64,000 nt of DNA from Candidatus Enterousia sp. (GTDB taxonomy: Bacteria; Pseudomonadota; Alphaproteobacteria; Rs-D84): NCBI GenBank assembly GCA_045614145.1, contig JAZLCH010000006.1:2421-66420 (forward strand). The letters are read 5' to 3'. The translations under genes were made by a program, and so were the position numbers. Below the pieces are notes generated by a model. It saw only the letters and a list, made by a program, of their open reading frames with translations. It had not been told where the DNA came from and did not search any database. Positions within the stretch are counted from its first letter, which is position 1, and each line of letters begins with the position of its first letter. Shown piece after piece: positions 1-10,404 of the stretch.

Positions 1-751
1 AAAAGCACGCAGTATCGGAATGAATCAGTCTACGTTTGGAAATGCCAGCGGACTGCCCAATCCAAATAATTTGATGACCAGTCGGGAACTGGCAATACTG
101 GCAGAACATCTGATTTCTGATTATCCAGATATCTATCCGATGTTTGCAACAAAACGCTTTGAATTTAAAGAACACAAAACAGATTGGTGTCGCGAATGGG
201 GACGCACACATACGGCAAACTATAACAAACTGCTGTTTACAATGCGCGGGGCCGATGGACTGAAAACAGGTCACACAAACCAGGGCGGTTACGGCATGGT
301 CGCCAGTGCAAAAATCGGCAACCGTCGACTGATTGGGGTTATTAACGGTTTTAATGGCAAGGGACATGATGCCCTGGCGGCGGAAATGAAAAAACTGTTG
401 GAATTCGGGTTTGCAAATACTGTGGGCAAGGTATTCTTTGTCCCGGGGGACGCGGTTGCAAAAATCCCTGTTTGGTATGGACGCGAACCAAACGTTGAGG
501 CAACAATTACCAAACCATTTGCAATTACGACCGATAAAGAGGCGGGGCTAAAAAACATTCGCGTGCTGGCACGGTTTGACGAACCAATTGCTGCACCGGT
601 ACAGGCAGGTGATACCGTTGGCGAATTAATCGCAGAACAAAACGGGCGTGTGATTTCACGCGCGCCACTGGTCGCAAAAGATGGCGTCGGCAAGGTACGT
701 TTTATGGGACGTGTAATTAAAAATATCAAGGTAATATTGGGACTGAATTAA
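1..751 (+). CDS. D-alanyl-D-alanine carboxypeptidase (PBP5/6 family), C-terminal part; 5' end lies outside the window
   Basis: The reading frame is open from position 2. The motifs around SGLPNPNNLMTSRELAIL resemble the PBP5 transpeptidase/C-terminal domain region. Confidence 0.55.
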   Translation, partial: KARSIGMNQSTFGNASGLPNPNNLMTSRELAILAEHLISDYPDIYPMFATKRFEFKEHKTDWCREWGRTHTANYNKLLFTMRGADGLKTGHTNQGGYGMVASAKIGNRRLIGVINGFNGKGHDALAAEMKKLLEFGFANTVGKVFFVPGDAVAKIPVWYGREPNVEATITKPFAITTDKEAGLKNIRVLARFDEPIAAPVQAGDTVGELIAEQNGRVISRAPLVAKDGVGKVRFMGRVIKNIKVILGLN

Positions 752-752
752 A

Positions 753-1658
753 ATGGCACCACGAAAAAAAACGACATCTGAATACAATTTCCCGCACCCA
801 ATGGATAATGAATACCTGGTTGGACACAGGGACACCTGGAACAACTTTATAACCGCATGGGAACAACGTGATGCACACCCGATTCATCCTGTATGGATGC
901 TGACCGGGCCGATGGGAATTGGCAAAGCAACGCTGGCGTACAAAATCGCGAAGATGGTATATGGAAATGTTGGAGACTTTTTCATTATTGATATAGATAG
1001 AAATATCGACCAAAATGGCAAATCAAAAACAGATGGCAAGGTTATTTCAGTACACACTGTTCGCGCAATGATTGAAAGAATGCAAATGTCGTCTATGTCG
1101 GGGGACTGGCGCGTTATTCTGATTGACCCAGTCGATCAATTAAGCACATCTGCTTCGAATGCGATATTGAAACTGTTGGAAGAACCACCTGCAAAAACAC
1201 TGTTTTTATTGGTCGTACACCAATTGGCAAATGTCTTGCCAACGGTGCGTTCGCGTGCGCGCGTTGAAAAAATGCGACCTTTGACAATATCGCAACTGCG
1301 CGAATTGTGCGCGCGTTTTATGCCAGAAGAAGATATAAGCGTGGAAACACTGCGTTTAAGCAATGGCAGTTTCGGTAAAATCGCAAACCTGAAAAAGTCT
1401 GGGGGCGATGTGATTTATGCCGAACTGATTGAATTATTGAATAATCAAACCGCTAATAATGCAGATGCCATGATGTTGGCTAAAAAGATTGCGCCGGCGC
1501 CTGAACTGCATGGAATATTATTGGATGCGATTGCGCATTTTGGTTTGGCAGAGCTGTATCCAAATGCAACACGCGCAATTGCAGATATTAAAAACATTTA
1601 CTTGGAACCTGAGATTGGCATCTTTAAAATAATTATGGAAATTAAGAAATGTTTATAG
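753..1658 (+). CDS. holB: DNA polymerase III delta-prime subunit
   Basis: An AAA+ P-loop, GPMGIGKATLAYKIA, is followed by the SRARV sensor motif. Size and position next to tatD fit the conserved holB-tatD neighbourhood. Confidence 0.7.
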   Translation: MAPRKKTTSEYNFPHPMDNEYLVGHRDTWNNFITAWEQRDAHPIHPVWMLTGPMGIGKATLAYKIAKMVYGNVGDFFIIDIDRNIDQNGKSKTDGKVISVHTVRAMIERMQMSSMSGDWRVILIDPVDQLSTSASNAILKLLEEPPAKTLFLLVVHQLANVLPTVRSRARVEKMRPLTISQLRELCARFMPEEDISVETLRLSNGSFGKIANLKKSGGDVIYAELIELLNNQTANNADAMMLAKKIAPAPELHGILLDAIAHFGLAELYPNATRAIADIKNIYLEPEIGIFKIIMEIKKCL

Positions 1659-2401
1659 ATACTCATTGCCATTTGACCGACAAATATACAGGCGGTGCAG
1701 ATGGCGCCGTTGCACGCGCAATGGATGCAAATGTCAAGATTATGATTTGCCCAACCGCAGACCCTGCAGATATTCCAGCTGCGCTAGATTTGATGAAAAA
1801 GCACGATAATATTTTCTGCACAATTGGTATCCATCCAGAATACGCGCCAATGGATGCATCAAAACACTTAACTGACAACATCTTAAATAACCCGCGCGTT
1901 CTTGGAGTTGGAGAAATCGGACTGGATTACCATTATGGTGCAGACAATCGCATGGCACAGATTGAATTATTTTTGCAACAGTTGGAAATTGCAAAAAAAT
2001 ACGCCCTGCCCGTTGCAATCCACACGCGCGAAGCAGAAAATGATACTGCAGAAATACTGAACGGCGATGTTGGTGGGGTTATGCATTGCTTTACCAGTTC
2101 GTGGAATTTGGCAAAAAAAATGCTGGACCGCGGATTCTTCTTTTCAGCAAGCGGAATTTTGACGTTCAAAAACGCAACCGAGATACGGGAAACATTTGCA
2201 AAAATACCGTTGGACAGAATTGTTGTCGAAACCGATGCGCCATACTGTGCGCCCGTTCCATATCGTGGCCAGGTGTGTGAACCAGCAATGGTCGTCCAGA
2301 CCGCACATGTATTGGCAGAATTAAAAAATATACAGATTGATGAATTGAAATCTGTGTTAATACAGAATGTACAACGCCTGTATCCAAAAATTATTATCTG
2401 A
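1649..2401 (+). CDS. tatD: TatD family metal-dependent hydrolase/DNase
   Basis: It starts MFIDTHCHL, has EIGLDYHY, and carries the conserved His/Asp/Glu metal ligands of the TatD family. Confidence 0.8.
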   Translation: MFIDTHCHLTDKYTGGADGAVARAMDANVKIMICPTADPADIPAALDLMKKHDNIFCTIGIHPEYAPMDASKHLTDNILNNPRVLGVGEIGLDYHYGADNRMAQIELFLQQLEIAKKYALPVAIHTREAENDTAEILNGDVGGVMHCFTSSWNLAKKMLDRGFFFSASGILTFKNATEIRETFAKIPLDRIVVETDAPYCAPVPYRGQVCEPAMVVQTAHVLAELKNIQIDELKSVLIQNVQRLYPKIII

Positions 2402-2402
2402 A

Positions 2403-3572
2403 TTATACTTCGAAATTATAATTTTTAACCGAGCGAACAATCGCGTTTACCAGTTTATCTTGGTGACTGCTGGATTTTAATAATTTTTCTTCGGCAGGGT
2501 TAGACAAATGCCCCAATTCCAACAACGCGCCCGGCACAGTCGAACGCAAAACTGCAAATGGCGCATGACGGACATCAGGCCCAGGCTGCTGCGTTATCGA
2601 CGCGCGTTTGAATGATTTGGCACAACCGTTGGCGTACTCTTCACTCATTTCTGCGACGGCGTGTTGCTGCAGCGATGATAACGCCATGCGAATATTCTCT
2701 TCAAAATCCGCAAAGCCTTCAACCCCAATTTTGTCGGCTGCATTTTCTGCCTCGGCCAGTTTTTTTGCTTCTTCGTCAGACGCCTTGTCAGACAAGGTAT
2801 ATATTGAAAACCCCTTCATCTTGCGCGATGGATTTGCGTTCGCATGCAAGGATATAAATAAATCAGCCCGACGCGATTCTGCGATTTCAGCACGCTGTCC
2901 CAATTTCAGATATTGGTCGTCGCTGCGTGTTAGGTATGTTTTGAAACCATTTGAATCCAGCTTGTTTTTTAACTTTTTTGCAACAGATAAAACGACGTCT
3001 TTTTCACGGGTTCCACCCTTGCCAATGCATCCGGGATCTTTGCCCCCGTGGCCCGCATCAACAACAATAACGTATTTGCGTGATGCAGTTATAGCAGTCG
3101 TAGTGGTGGCAGATGACGTTGTATATGATTCATTTTTGATGGCCGGTGCGGCGCCCGCAACAAAATCCAGAACCAAACGATAATCATTATCCCCATTCGG
3201 CGTCAGTACCATTATTCCAGACTTTGGAATCTGAGAAATAGATTTCTTTAACGTCGCAACAATTTGCAAAGTATCACCATTTTGAACCTGGGAAATCGAT
3301 TTTATCAATCCATCAGAAGCCAAAGTGGCAGACACACCATTATTCACGCCCGTGTTCGTCAGATTTACAACCAGCTGACCCGCAGGGTATGATAAAGAAT
3401 ATGTTGGACGGTTCGCAGTTTCAATCACCAGGCGGGTCTTGTTCCCAGGCTGAACCCCAGTACGCATGGATCGCAACGTGTTACGCGCAGCAAATGCCAT
3501 GCGCGGCAATAAAAACGCCCCCGCAATGCCAAAACCAGTGATTTTTAAAACGCTGCGTCTGCTGAATTTCAT
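2403..3572 (-). CDS. amiC: N-acetylmuramoyl-L-alanine amidase (AmiC-like, Amidase_3) with a Tat signal peptide
   Basis: A twin-arginine motif, SRRSVLKITG, is present. The Amidase_3 core has VIVVDAGHGGKDPG. The ORF-track start at 3632 is probably too far upstream; MKFSRR is likelier. Confidence 0.7.
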   Translation of the reverse strand: MKFSRRSVLKITGFGIAGAFLLPRMAFAARNTLRSMRTGVQPGNKTRLVIETANRPTYSLSYPAGQLVVNLTNTGVNNGVSATLASDGLIKSISQVQNGDTLQIVATLKKSISQIPKSGIMVLTPNGDNDYRLVLDFVAGAAPAIKNESYTTSSATTTTAITASRKYVIVVDAGHGGKDPGCIGKGGTREKDVVLSVAKKLKNKLDSNGFKTYLTRSDDQYLKLGQRAEIAESRRADLFISLHANANPSRKMKGFSIYTLSDKASDEEAKKLAEAENAADKIGVEGFADFEENIRMALSSLQQHAVAEMSEEYANGCAKSFKRASITQQPGPDVRHAPFAVLRSTVPGALLELGHLSNPAEEKLLKSSSHQDKLVNAIVRSVKNYNFEV

Positions 3573-3678
3573 GAACGATATTATATCAAAATTCACAATG
3601 TCATTCAAGCAACTTTCAGGAACCAAGTCCAATCGAAGAGAAATTTATTTTTATCGTGTAAGAAAATGTGTCTATTGC

Positions 3679-3710
3679 CCCTTGAAATGGTTTTATGATT
3701 AACTATATGG
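3679..3710 (+). promoter_or_regulatory. sigma32 (RpoH)-type heat-shock promoter upstream of dnaK: CTTGAAA-N15-CTATAT
   Basis: The -35 element CTTGAAA sits at 3681-3687 and the -10 element CTATAT at 3703-3708. The identical architecture recurs upstream of groES. Confidence 0.55.
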
Positions 3711-3740
3711 TGGATAAGCAAATTTTTAAGGAGTAAAAAA

Positions 3741-5636
3741 ATGGGAAAAGTTATTGGTATCGATTTAGGGACGACTAATTCCGCCATGGCATTTATGGAC
3801 GGAACAGACCCAAAAATTATTGAAAATGCCGAAGGACAACGAACAACACCGTCTGTTGTTGCGTTGACCAGTGGCGGCGAACAGTTGGTCGGTATTACCG
3901 CAAAAAACCAGGCGGTAACAAATCCTGAAAATACAATTTATGAAATTAAACGACTGATGGGGTTGCGCTTTGACAGTCCTGCAGTCAAGGAAATTGCAGC
4001 GCGCGTTCCATACAAAATTGTTGCCGGGGAAAACGGTGACGCATGGGTTGAAATGGACGGCAAAAAATACGCCCCATCACAGATTTCTGCAATGATTTTG
4101 GCAAAATTGAAAAAAGATGCAGAAAATTATCTGGGCGAAACGGTGACAGATGCGGTTATTACGGTTCCAGCGTACTTTAATGATTCACAGCGCCAGGCAA
4201 CAAAAGACGCGGGACGTATTGCAGGACTAAATGTGTTGCGCATCGTGAACGAACCAACCGCTGCGGCGTTGGCATACGGCCTGGACAAGGGAAAAGACGG
4301 TATTATCGCAGTATACGATTTGGGCGGTGGTACATTTGACGTGTCTATCTTGGAAATTGTGGACGGCGTATTTGAAGTAAAATCAACAAACGGCGATACG
4401 GCGTTGGGTGGTTCAGACTTTGATGCGCGTATCTTGGAACACTTAATCGCAGAATTCAAAGCCCAGACGGGAATCGACCTGAGCGGCGACAAATTAGCAT
4501 TGCAGCGTTTAAAAGAAGCCGCAGAAAAGGCCAAGATTGAACTGTCTTCTAAGACATCGACAGATATTAACCTGCCGTATTTGACGGCAGATGCAACAGG
4601 GCCAAAGCACTTTAACACAACGTTGACACGCGCAAAGCTGGAATCGTTGGTTGCAGATTTGATCGAACGCACGATTGAACCATGTAAAAAGGCCTTGAAA
4701 GATGCAGGTTTGGAAAAATCACAGATTAACGAAGTAATCTTGGTCGGTGGTCAGACACGCATGCCAAAGGTTGCAGAAACAGTAAAAGAATTCTTTGGTC
4801 GCGAACCACACAAGGGCGTTAACCCAGACGAAGTTGTTGGTATGGGTGCAGCCATTCAGGGTGGCGTTTTAAAAGGCGATGTAAAAGACGTTCTGTTGTT
4901 AGACGTGACACCTTTGTCATTGGGTATTGAAACACTGGGCGGTGTGTTTACACGACTGATTGACCGCAACACGACAATTCCAACCAAGAAATCACAGGTG
5001 TTTAGTACCGCAGAAGACAACCAGTCAGCTGTGACAATTCGCGTATTCCAGGGCGAACGCGATATGGCGGCAGATAACAAATTGTTGGGCCAGTTTAACC
5101 TGGAAGGGATTGCACCTGCACCACGTGGTATGCCACAGATTGAAGTGTCTTTCGACATTGACGCAAATGGTATCGTTCATGTGTCTGCAAAAGATAAAGG
5201 CACAGGTAAAGAACAGGCGATTTCTATTAAGTCTGATGGTGGGTTGAGCGAAGATGAAATCAAACGCATGGTTGATGAAGCCGCACAAAATGCCGAAGCA
5301 GATAAAAAGAAACGCGAATTGGCCGAAGCGAAAAATACTGCGGAAACAGCCGTGTTCAGTATTGAAAAATCACTGAAAGAACATGGCGACAAAATCAGCG
5401 AAGATGAAAAGAAAGCTATTGAAGACGCTAAGAAAGAACTGGCCGATGAATTGGCCAAGGCAGACGCAACAGCAGAATCGCTGAAAGAAAAGACGGATGC
5501 ATTAACAGAAAAAGCCATGAAGTTAGGCGAAGCGGTCTATAAAGCCGCCCAGGCAGAACAACAGGCAAACACTGATACCGGCGACAAGAAAAATGACGAC
5601 GGTACAGTTGATGCAGATTTTTCTGAAAAGAAATAA
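3741..5636 (+). CDS. dnaK: Molecular chaperone DnaK (Hsp70)
   Basis: Hsp70 signatures are present: [18 protein letters not shown] and the acidic C-terminus. The product is 631 aa. No dnaJ follows. Confidence 0.97.
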   Translation: MGKVIGIDLGTTNSAMAFMDGTDPKIIENAEGQRTTPSVVALTSGGEQLVGITAKNQAVTNPENTIYEIKRLMGLRFDSPAVKEIAARVPYKIVAGENGDAWVEMDGKKYAPSQISAMILAKLKKDAENYLGETVTDAVITVPAYFNDSQRQATKDAGRIAGLNVLRIVNEPTAAALAYGLDKGKDGIIAVYDLGGGTFDVSILEIVDGVFEVKSTNGDTALGGSDFDARILEHLIAEFKAQTGIDLSGDKLALQRLKEAAEKAKIELSSKTSTDINLPYLTADATGPKHFNTTLTRAKLESLVADLIERTIEPCKKALKDAGLEKSQINEVILVGGQTRMPKVAETVKEFFGREPHKGVNPDEVVGMGAAIQGGVLKGDVKDVLLLDVTPLSLGIETLGGVFTRLIDRNTTIPTKKSQVFSTAEDNQSAVTIRVFQGERDMAADNKLLGQFNLEGIAPAPRGMPQIEVSFDIDANGIVHVSAKDKGTGKEQAISIKSDGGLSEDEIKRMVDEAAQNAEADKKKRELAEAKNTAETAVFSIEKSLKEHGDKISEDEKKAIEDAKKELADELAKADATAESLKEKTDALTEKAMKLGEAVYKAAQAEQQANTDTGDKKNDDGTVDADFSEKK

Positions 5637-5655
5637 ACATAAAAATACTGTGGAA

Positions 5656-5683
5656 TAAAAACGCCCCAAACGGGGCGTTTTTA
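5656..5683 (+). terminator. Rho-independent terminator after dnaK
   Basis: Hairpin acgcccc-aaa-cggggcgt is followed by a T-tract. Confidence 0.6.
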
Positions 5684-5686
5684 AAT

Positions 5687-6067
5687 TTGACACAACAGAA
5701 TACATGCAGTATTATTCTGGGTATGAAAAAACTATTGTTCTGTTTGATGTTTTGCGCCCTGCCCACCATGGCATGTGCATATGTTGACCGAGATTTGGCC
5801 GTTCTGCGCATAATGAACAAGGATGCAGGCAAGGTTCAAGAAGTCAATATTCCAGTTGGACAGGAATTTCAATTCGAAAAGATGTTTATAAATGTGCGCT
5901 CTTGCAAACAAACTGACCCGTTTCAGGCAGCCGACTTTTTTACATTCTTGGAAATATCAGAACGCGATAAAGGCCAGATTTTTGGCGGATGGATGTCGCG
6001 AAATGAACCAGGGCAAAACCCGTTACAGCATCCAGACTATGATGTTTGGTTGGTAAAATGCGAATAA
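5687..6067 (+). CDS. Small secreted hypothetical protein (signal peptide; likely starts at MKKLLF, position 5726)
   Basis: A hydrophobic N-terminus LLFCLMFCALPTMACA precedes the mature part. No motif was recognised. Confidence 0.4.
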   Translation: MTQQNTCSIILGMKKLLFCLMFCALPTMACAYVDRDLAVLRIMNKDAGKVQEVNIPVGQEFQFEKMFINVRSCKQTDPFQAADFFTFLEISERDKGQIFGGWMSRNEPGQNPLQHPDYDVWLVKCE

Positions 6068-6082
6068 AGGTATATAAAAATT

Positions 6083-6478
6083 ATGAATAAAGATAATGTC
6101 GTTGGATATATGCTGGGGAATAAGAATCACGTCGTTGTGCGTGGCGACCAATGGTGCAACGCAGGCACCCCTGTATACATTTGTGCAAACAAGGAGGCAG
6201 CACGTGCAATATTAGAAAAATCCCAGCAAAACGCAATGGAACCCGAAAATATTATATGGACAACGATTTATCGCGTACAGGCCACGAATATACAAATATA
6301 CAAATATGAACACGATTTGATGTGGACAACCCAAGGCAACAAAATTTTTGTTGACGAACCTGTGTTCTATCGCGATGCGCCAAAGATTTCTGAACAGCGT
6401 TTGCTTTGCAACGCTGCACGGATACAGGCGCGCGTTCTGAACATGGCACAATCTGATTCCGAGGAGAAGAGAAGATGA
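6083..6478 (+). CDS. Hypothetical protein
   Basis: ORF of 131 aa, tightly packed with its neighbours. No motif was recognised. Confidence 0.35.
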   Translation: MNKDNVVGYMLGNKNHVVVRGDQWCNAGTPVYICANKEAARAILEKSQQNAMEPENIIWTTIYRVQATNIQIYKYEHDLMWTTQGNKIFVDEPVFYRDAPKISEQRLLCNAARIQARVLNMAQSDSEEKRR

Positions 6479-6780
6479 ATTTTATAAAAAAATATTTCAA
6501 GATTTTTATTGGTATTGCTGTTTTAATACTGGTTATCATTGTGTTCTTTTTTGCACAACGCAGTGACACATTGGAAACAGGCACATTGAAAAATTGGCGT
6601 GCAGCAACAATTGAACGCAGAATTTCTGCCGCACAAATTATGACGGGCGCGACAGAAAACATTGATATTTTGGTTGCCTGTATCGATAAGATGGCCAGTC
6701 TGCCCAACAGTGGCGAAATGGCGGTACGCGATGCCGCGTCTTTGTGCCATACAGGCATAAAATTAAAACCCAGTTTATAA
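6475..6780 (+). CDS. Small membrane protein (one N-terminal TM helix)
   Basis: The ATGA overlap with the upstream gene suggests translational coupling. A hydrophobic segment IFIGIAVLILVIIVFFF is present. Confidence 0.35.
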   Translation: MNFIKKYFKIFIGIAVLILVIIVFFFAQRSDTLETGTLKNWRAATIERRISAAQIMTGATENIDILVACIDKMASLPNSGEMAVRDAASLCHTGIKLKPSL

Positions 6781-7467
6781 ATGCGACGATTTCTGATTGT
6801 TTTTTTAGTGGCCGGATGCGTGAACACAACCAGCCAATTGCCCGGCGGCGAGTTTTTAGGCACGCCATACATAGAATCCCCGCTGGGGGAATCTGTGCCG
6901 CCGGATTCAGACCCGCTGATACGATTTGATGCGTTCGATTGCACAACGTTTGTAGAAACTGTCATGGCCCATGGCAACAAAGAAAAATTAAATAAAATTC
7001 GTTATAAAGACGGAAAAGTTGAATTCTTGAATCGTAATCATTTCATAGAATCTGATTGGTTGTACAATAATTCACAGCGTGTAAAAAATGTCAGTCGTGA
7101 ATATGCACCAACCGCAATTCGCCACGTTGTTATAGACAAAAAAGCATGGCTGAAAAAAGTTCATAAAATTGATTCTGAGCTTGAAGTGCTTGAAATTAAC
7201 CTGGAATATATACCATATAAGTATACAGAGCAGATTGTTATTGATAAAACAATGATTGTACTGTTTGTTGCTGACAATCCAAAAATTCGTGATAAGATAG
7301 GAACAGATTTAGCCGTTGTGCATATGGGATTTGTCCTGCCAGACGGAACATTACGACACGCATCCAGCGAACGCGGTGCAGTTGTTGATGTTCCATTAAC
7401 AGAATACTTAAATGCACGTAAACAAAATAAAAGCAATATTGGTATAGCATTGGTGGAAATAAAATGA
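6781..7467 (+). CDS. Putative lipoprotein, function unknown
   Basis: A lipobox-like FLVAGC N-terminus is present. The product is 228 aa. The stop overlaps the start of tsaD. Confidence 0.4.
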   Translation: MRRFLIVFLVAGCVNTTSQLPGGEFLGTPYIESPLGESVPPDSDPLIRFDAFDCTTFVETVMAHGNKEKLNKIRYKDGKVEFLNRNHFIESDWLYNNSQRVKNVSREYAPTAIRHVVIDKKAWLKKVHKIDSELEVLEINLEYIPYKYTEQIVIDKTMIVLFVADNPKIRDKIGTDLAVVHMGFVLPDGTLRHASSERGAVVDVPLTEYLNARKQNKSNIGIALVEIK

Positions 7468-8585
7468 ACGACGAAAAACTAATCCGTATGGATATGGGGG
7501 CAATTAAGTCCGGCACACACAGCGACCGCCCAACCCTGTGTTTGGGGATTGAATCGTCATGCGACGAAACATCGGCGGCGGTTGTAGACAGTGACAAAAA
7601 TATTTTGGCGCATATTATCTATTCACAAATTCCAGAACACCAAAAATTCGGTGGCGTCGTTCCAGAATTAGCTGCCCGCGCGCATATATTGGCAATAGAA
7701 GACGTGGTAAAACAAACCCTGGACAAGGCAGGCAAAACAATTGATGATATCAACGTCATTGCTGCAACCGCAGGCCCAGGATTAATCGGTGGCGTCTTGG
7801 TCGGATGGATGGCCGCCACAGGCATCGCCCAGGCAACAAAAAAACCACTGGTCGCAGTTAATCATCTGGAAGGACATGCGTTGGTTCCGCGCCTGTGCGC
7901 AACAATGGCGGATGGCACAAATGAAAATATATCTGTTGAATTTCCATATTTGCTGATGCTGGCATCAGGTGGCCATTGCCAAATATTGTTGGTGCGCGGT
8001 GTCGGACAATATGAAATGATTGGTCAAACATTGGACGACAGCGCAGGCGAAGCATATGACAAAGTTGCCAAGATGCTGGGGTTGGGGTATCCAGGCGGCC
8101 CAATTGTTGACAAGCGCGCACAAAGCGGCAATCCACACGCCTTGGCGTTCCCGCGACCATTATGCGACAAGCCAGGCTGTGATTTTTCATTCAGCGGAAT
8201 TAAAACAGCTGCGCGAACCTTTTTAAATCGCACCAACGAAATATTAACCGATGAATATATCAATGATTTTTGTGCTTCGTTCCAGGCGGCAGTCGTTGAC
8301 TGTGTAATAAATCGCCTGAATAACGCAATGAAAGATGAACGCGTTTGTGTGGCCAACCCTAAAACACTGGTGGTTGCAGGTGGCGTCGCAAAAAACAGCG
8401 CAATTCGTGGTGCAATGGAAAAACTAGCACAAAAAAACAAGATGATTTTTGCTGCACCACCAATGAATCTGTGCACTGACAACGGTGCAATGATTGCATG
8501 GGCAGGATTGGAAAATTTTGCCATTGGAAATGTTGTGCACGAACCAATCGCGCCACGCCCACGGTGGCCGTTGACAGAATTATAA
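7464..8585 (+). CDS. tsaD: tRNA N6-adenosine threonylcarbamoyltransferase TsaD (Kae1/Gcp family)
   Basis: Gcp-family motifs GIESSCDETSAAV and HLEGH are present. The true start may lie downstream of the annotated ATG. Confidence 0.85.
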   Translation: MNDEKLIRMDMGAIKSGTHSDRPTLCLGIESSCDETSAAVVDSDKNILAHIIYSQIPEHQKFGGVVPELAARAHILAIEDVVKQTLDKAGKTIDDINVIAATAGPGLIGGVLVGWMAATGIAQATKKPLVAVNHLEGHALVPRLCATMADGTNENISVEFPYLLMLASGGHCQILLVRGVGQYEMIGQTLDDSAGEAYDKVAKMLGLGYPGGPIVDKRAQSGNPHALAFPRPLCDKPGCDFSFSGIKTAARTFLNRTNEILTDEYINDFCASFQAAVVDCVINRLNNAMKDERVCVANPKTLVVAGGVAKNSAIRGAMEKLAQKNKMIFAAPPMNLCTDNGAMIAWAGLENFAIGNVVHEPIAPRPRWPLTEL

Positions 8586-9134
8586 TTGATAAAAACAGAT
8601 TGTTATGTTATACTTTTCGCCATGGATGCCAGGAAAGGACAACAATTTGAAGCTGCGACAAAAAAACTGATCGACCAACTGAATACGATGGGGCTGGACA
8701 ATCGTACACGTATGCAGGCTAAAAATTTTGTTTTACTATTTCGCGACAGTTTTAAGCTTGACAGGGTTAAGCGTGCAACATTTGAGCACACAATAGGCGA
8801 TGACTTAAAATTGTTTACATATGATTCGGACGGTTTTTGTAAGGCTGCCAGTTGCTCTTTTATAGGATTGATGAACAACCCAAAAGAATGGCGTTTAATG
8901 TATATAAATGATATATGGGCATATGGTCCGCATTTTTTTGTTCAACACATTCCCAGCGGTCAACCATTTGATTTGACATATGACCAATATGAACATACTG
9001 GTATTAGCATTCCGTATTATATAGGGCGCCCAATTAAAATGAATGGCGACGCAAAGGATACCGCAGCACGTTTTTTAAAATCTGTTGGGATTGACTTCTC
9101 ACCATTTGTGAACAATAGAAATATAAAAGAGTAA
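8586..9134 (+). CDS. Hypothetical protein
   Basis: ORF of 182 aa. No motif was recognised. Confidence 0.35.
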   Translation: MIKTDCYVILFAMDARKGQQFEAATKKLIDQLNTMGLDNRTRMQAKNFVLLFRDSFKLDRVKRATFEHTIGDDLKLFTYDSDGFCKAASCSFIGLMNNPKEWRLMYINDIWAYGPHFFVQHIPSGQPFDLTYDQYEHTGISIPYYIGRPIKMNGDAKDTAARFLKSVGIDFSPFVNNRNIKE

Positions 9135-9139
9135 ATATT

Positions 9140-10372
9140 ATGCAAAGAACTGAAACAGCAGTGAATAGCGATACCATATTTAGCGTAACAGATGCATCCG
9201 CCCTGCTGAAAGGCGTTGTAGAATCAGCATTCCCACGCATAAAAATCCGTGGTGAATTGTCGCAAATTACGCGCGCGACATCGGGACACATGTATATGAC
9301 GATAAAAGATGCTGGCGCTGCAATTTCTGTTATTATATGGCGCGGAACGCCGGTGGCATTCAAACTGGAAGACGGGTTGGAAGTTATTATCACAGGGCGC
9401 TTTACAACGTACCCTGCCCGCAGCAATTACCAAATTGTCGCCAGCGAAATCGAAATGGCGGGCGTTGGCGCGATTCTTAAAATGCTGGAAGAACGTAAAC
9501 AAAAATTAGCAGCCGAAGGACTGTTTGATGAAAGCAAGAAAAAACCGCTGCCACGACTGCCGCAACGGATTGGTGTCGTAACCAGCCCGACCGGCGCCGC
9601 ATTCCAAGATATTCAAAACAGATTGCGCGAACGCTTCCCGGTACACGTGCTGCTGTATCCGGCAACCGTCCAGGGGGCAGCCGCCGCTGCCGAAGTCGCA
9701 GCAGGGATTGAATATTTTAACAGAATGCGTAATGTCGATGTAATTATTGTTGCACGTGGTGGCGGGTCACTGGAAGACCTGTTGCCATTTTCAGAAGAAA
9801 TTGTTGTACGCGCGGCCGCGGCCAGCCAAATACCGCTGATTTCAGGCGTTGGTCATGAACCAGATTGGATGTTAATTGATTTTGCGGCTGACCATCGTGC
9901 GCCAACACCAACGGGCGCCGCCGAAGCGGTTGTGCCAACAAAACTGGCGTTGATTCAAGAACTGGATAATATGTGGGTTCGATTGTCTGGTAATTTTATG
10001 ACCCGATTAACAAATGCAAAACAACGGATCGAAACAATTAATATAAAAAGTCCAAAACAAGTCCTTATGGAACACACACAACGTCTGGATGATTTGGGCA
10101 GAACAATGAATGTTATAATAGCGTCCAGAATAACAAATGCGCGTCAAAGAATGGAAATCGTTTCCGCGTTCCCAAACATTCTGCAAAATCGCATGTCATC
10201 ACTGGCCCAAGCATTGAATCATATGGGACAAATGTTAAATTCGCTTAGTTATAAAAGCGTACTGTCGCGCGGTTATGCAATCGTTCGCGATGCTAGTAAC
10301 AAAATAATCAGCAGAACTGATTCAGGTCGTCCCGCCAGTATTGAATTTGCAGATGGGATATTGCAGATATAA
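9140..10372 (+). CDS. xseA: Exodeoxyribonuclease VII large subunit
   Basis: An N-terminal OB fold (RIKIRGELSQI) is followed by the conserved XseA catalytic core and a C-terminal helical region. Confidence 0.8.
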   Translation: MQRTETAVNSDTIFSVTDASALLKGVVESAFPRIKIRGELSQITRATSGHMYMTIKDAGAAISVIIWRGTPVAFKLEDGLEVIITGRFTTYPARSNYQIVASEIEMAGVGAILKMLEERKQKLAAEGLFDESKKKPLPRLPQRIGVVTSPTGAAFQDIQNRLRERFPVHVLLYPATVQGAAAAAEVAAGIEYFNRMRNVDVIIVARGGGSLEDLLPFSEEIVVRAAAASQIPLISGVGHEPDWMLIDFAADHRAPTPTGAAEAVVPTKLALIQELDNMWVRLSGNFMTRLTNAKQRIETINIKSPKQVLMEHTQRLDDLGRTMNVIIASRITNARQRMEIVSAFPNILQNRMSSLAQALNHMGQMLNSLSYKSVLSRGYAIVRDASNKIISRTDSGRPASIEFADGILQI

Positions 10373-10375
10373 AAG

Positions 10376-10401
10376 AACCGCCGTTTGGCGGTTTTTCTTT
10401 T
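10376..10401. terminator. Bidirectional intrinsic terminator (xseA and the convergent secreted-protein gene)
   Basis: Hairpin aaccgcc-gtttg-gcggtt is flanked by an A-tract and a T-tract. Confidence 0.55.
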
Positions 10402-10404
10402 TGA

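Noticed and set aside
6252-6980. 242-aa minus-strand ORF spanning three plus-strand small genes.
   Set aside because: It overlaps compactly arranged, translationally coupled plus-strand ORFs that have signal peptides. It has no start context and shadow-like composition.
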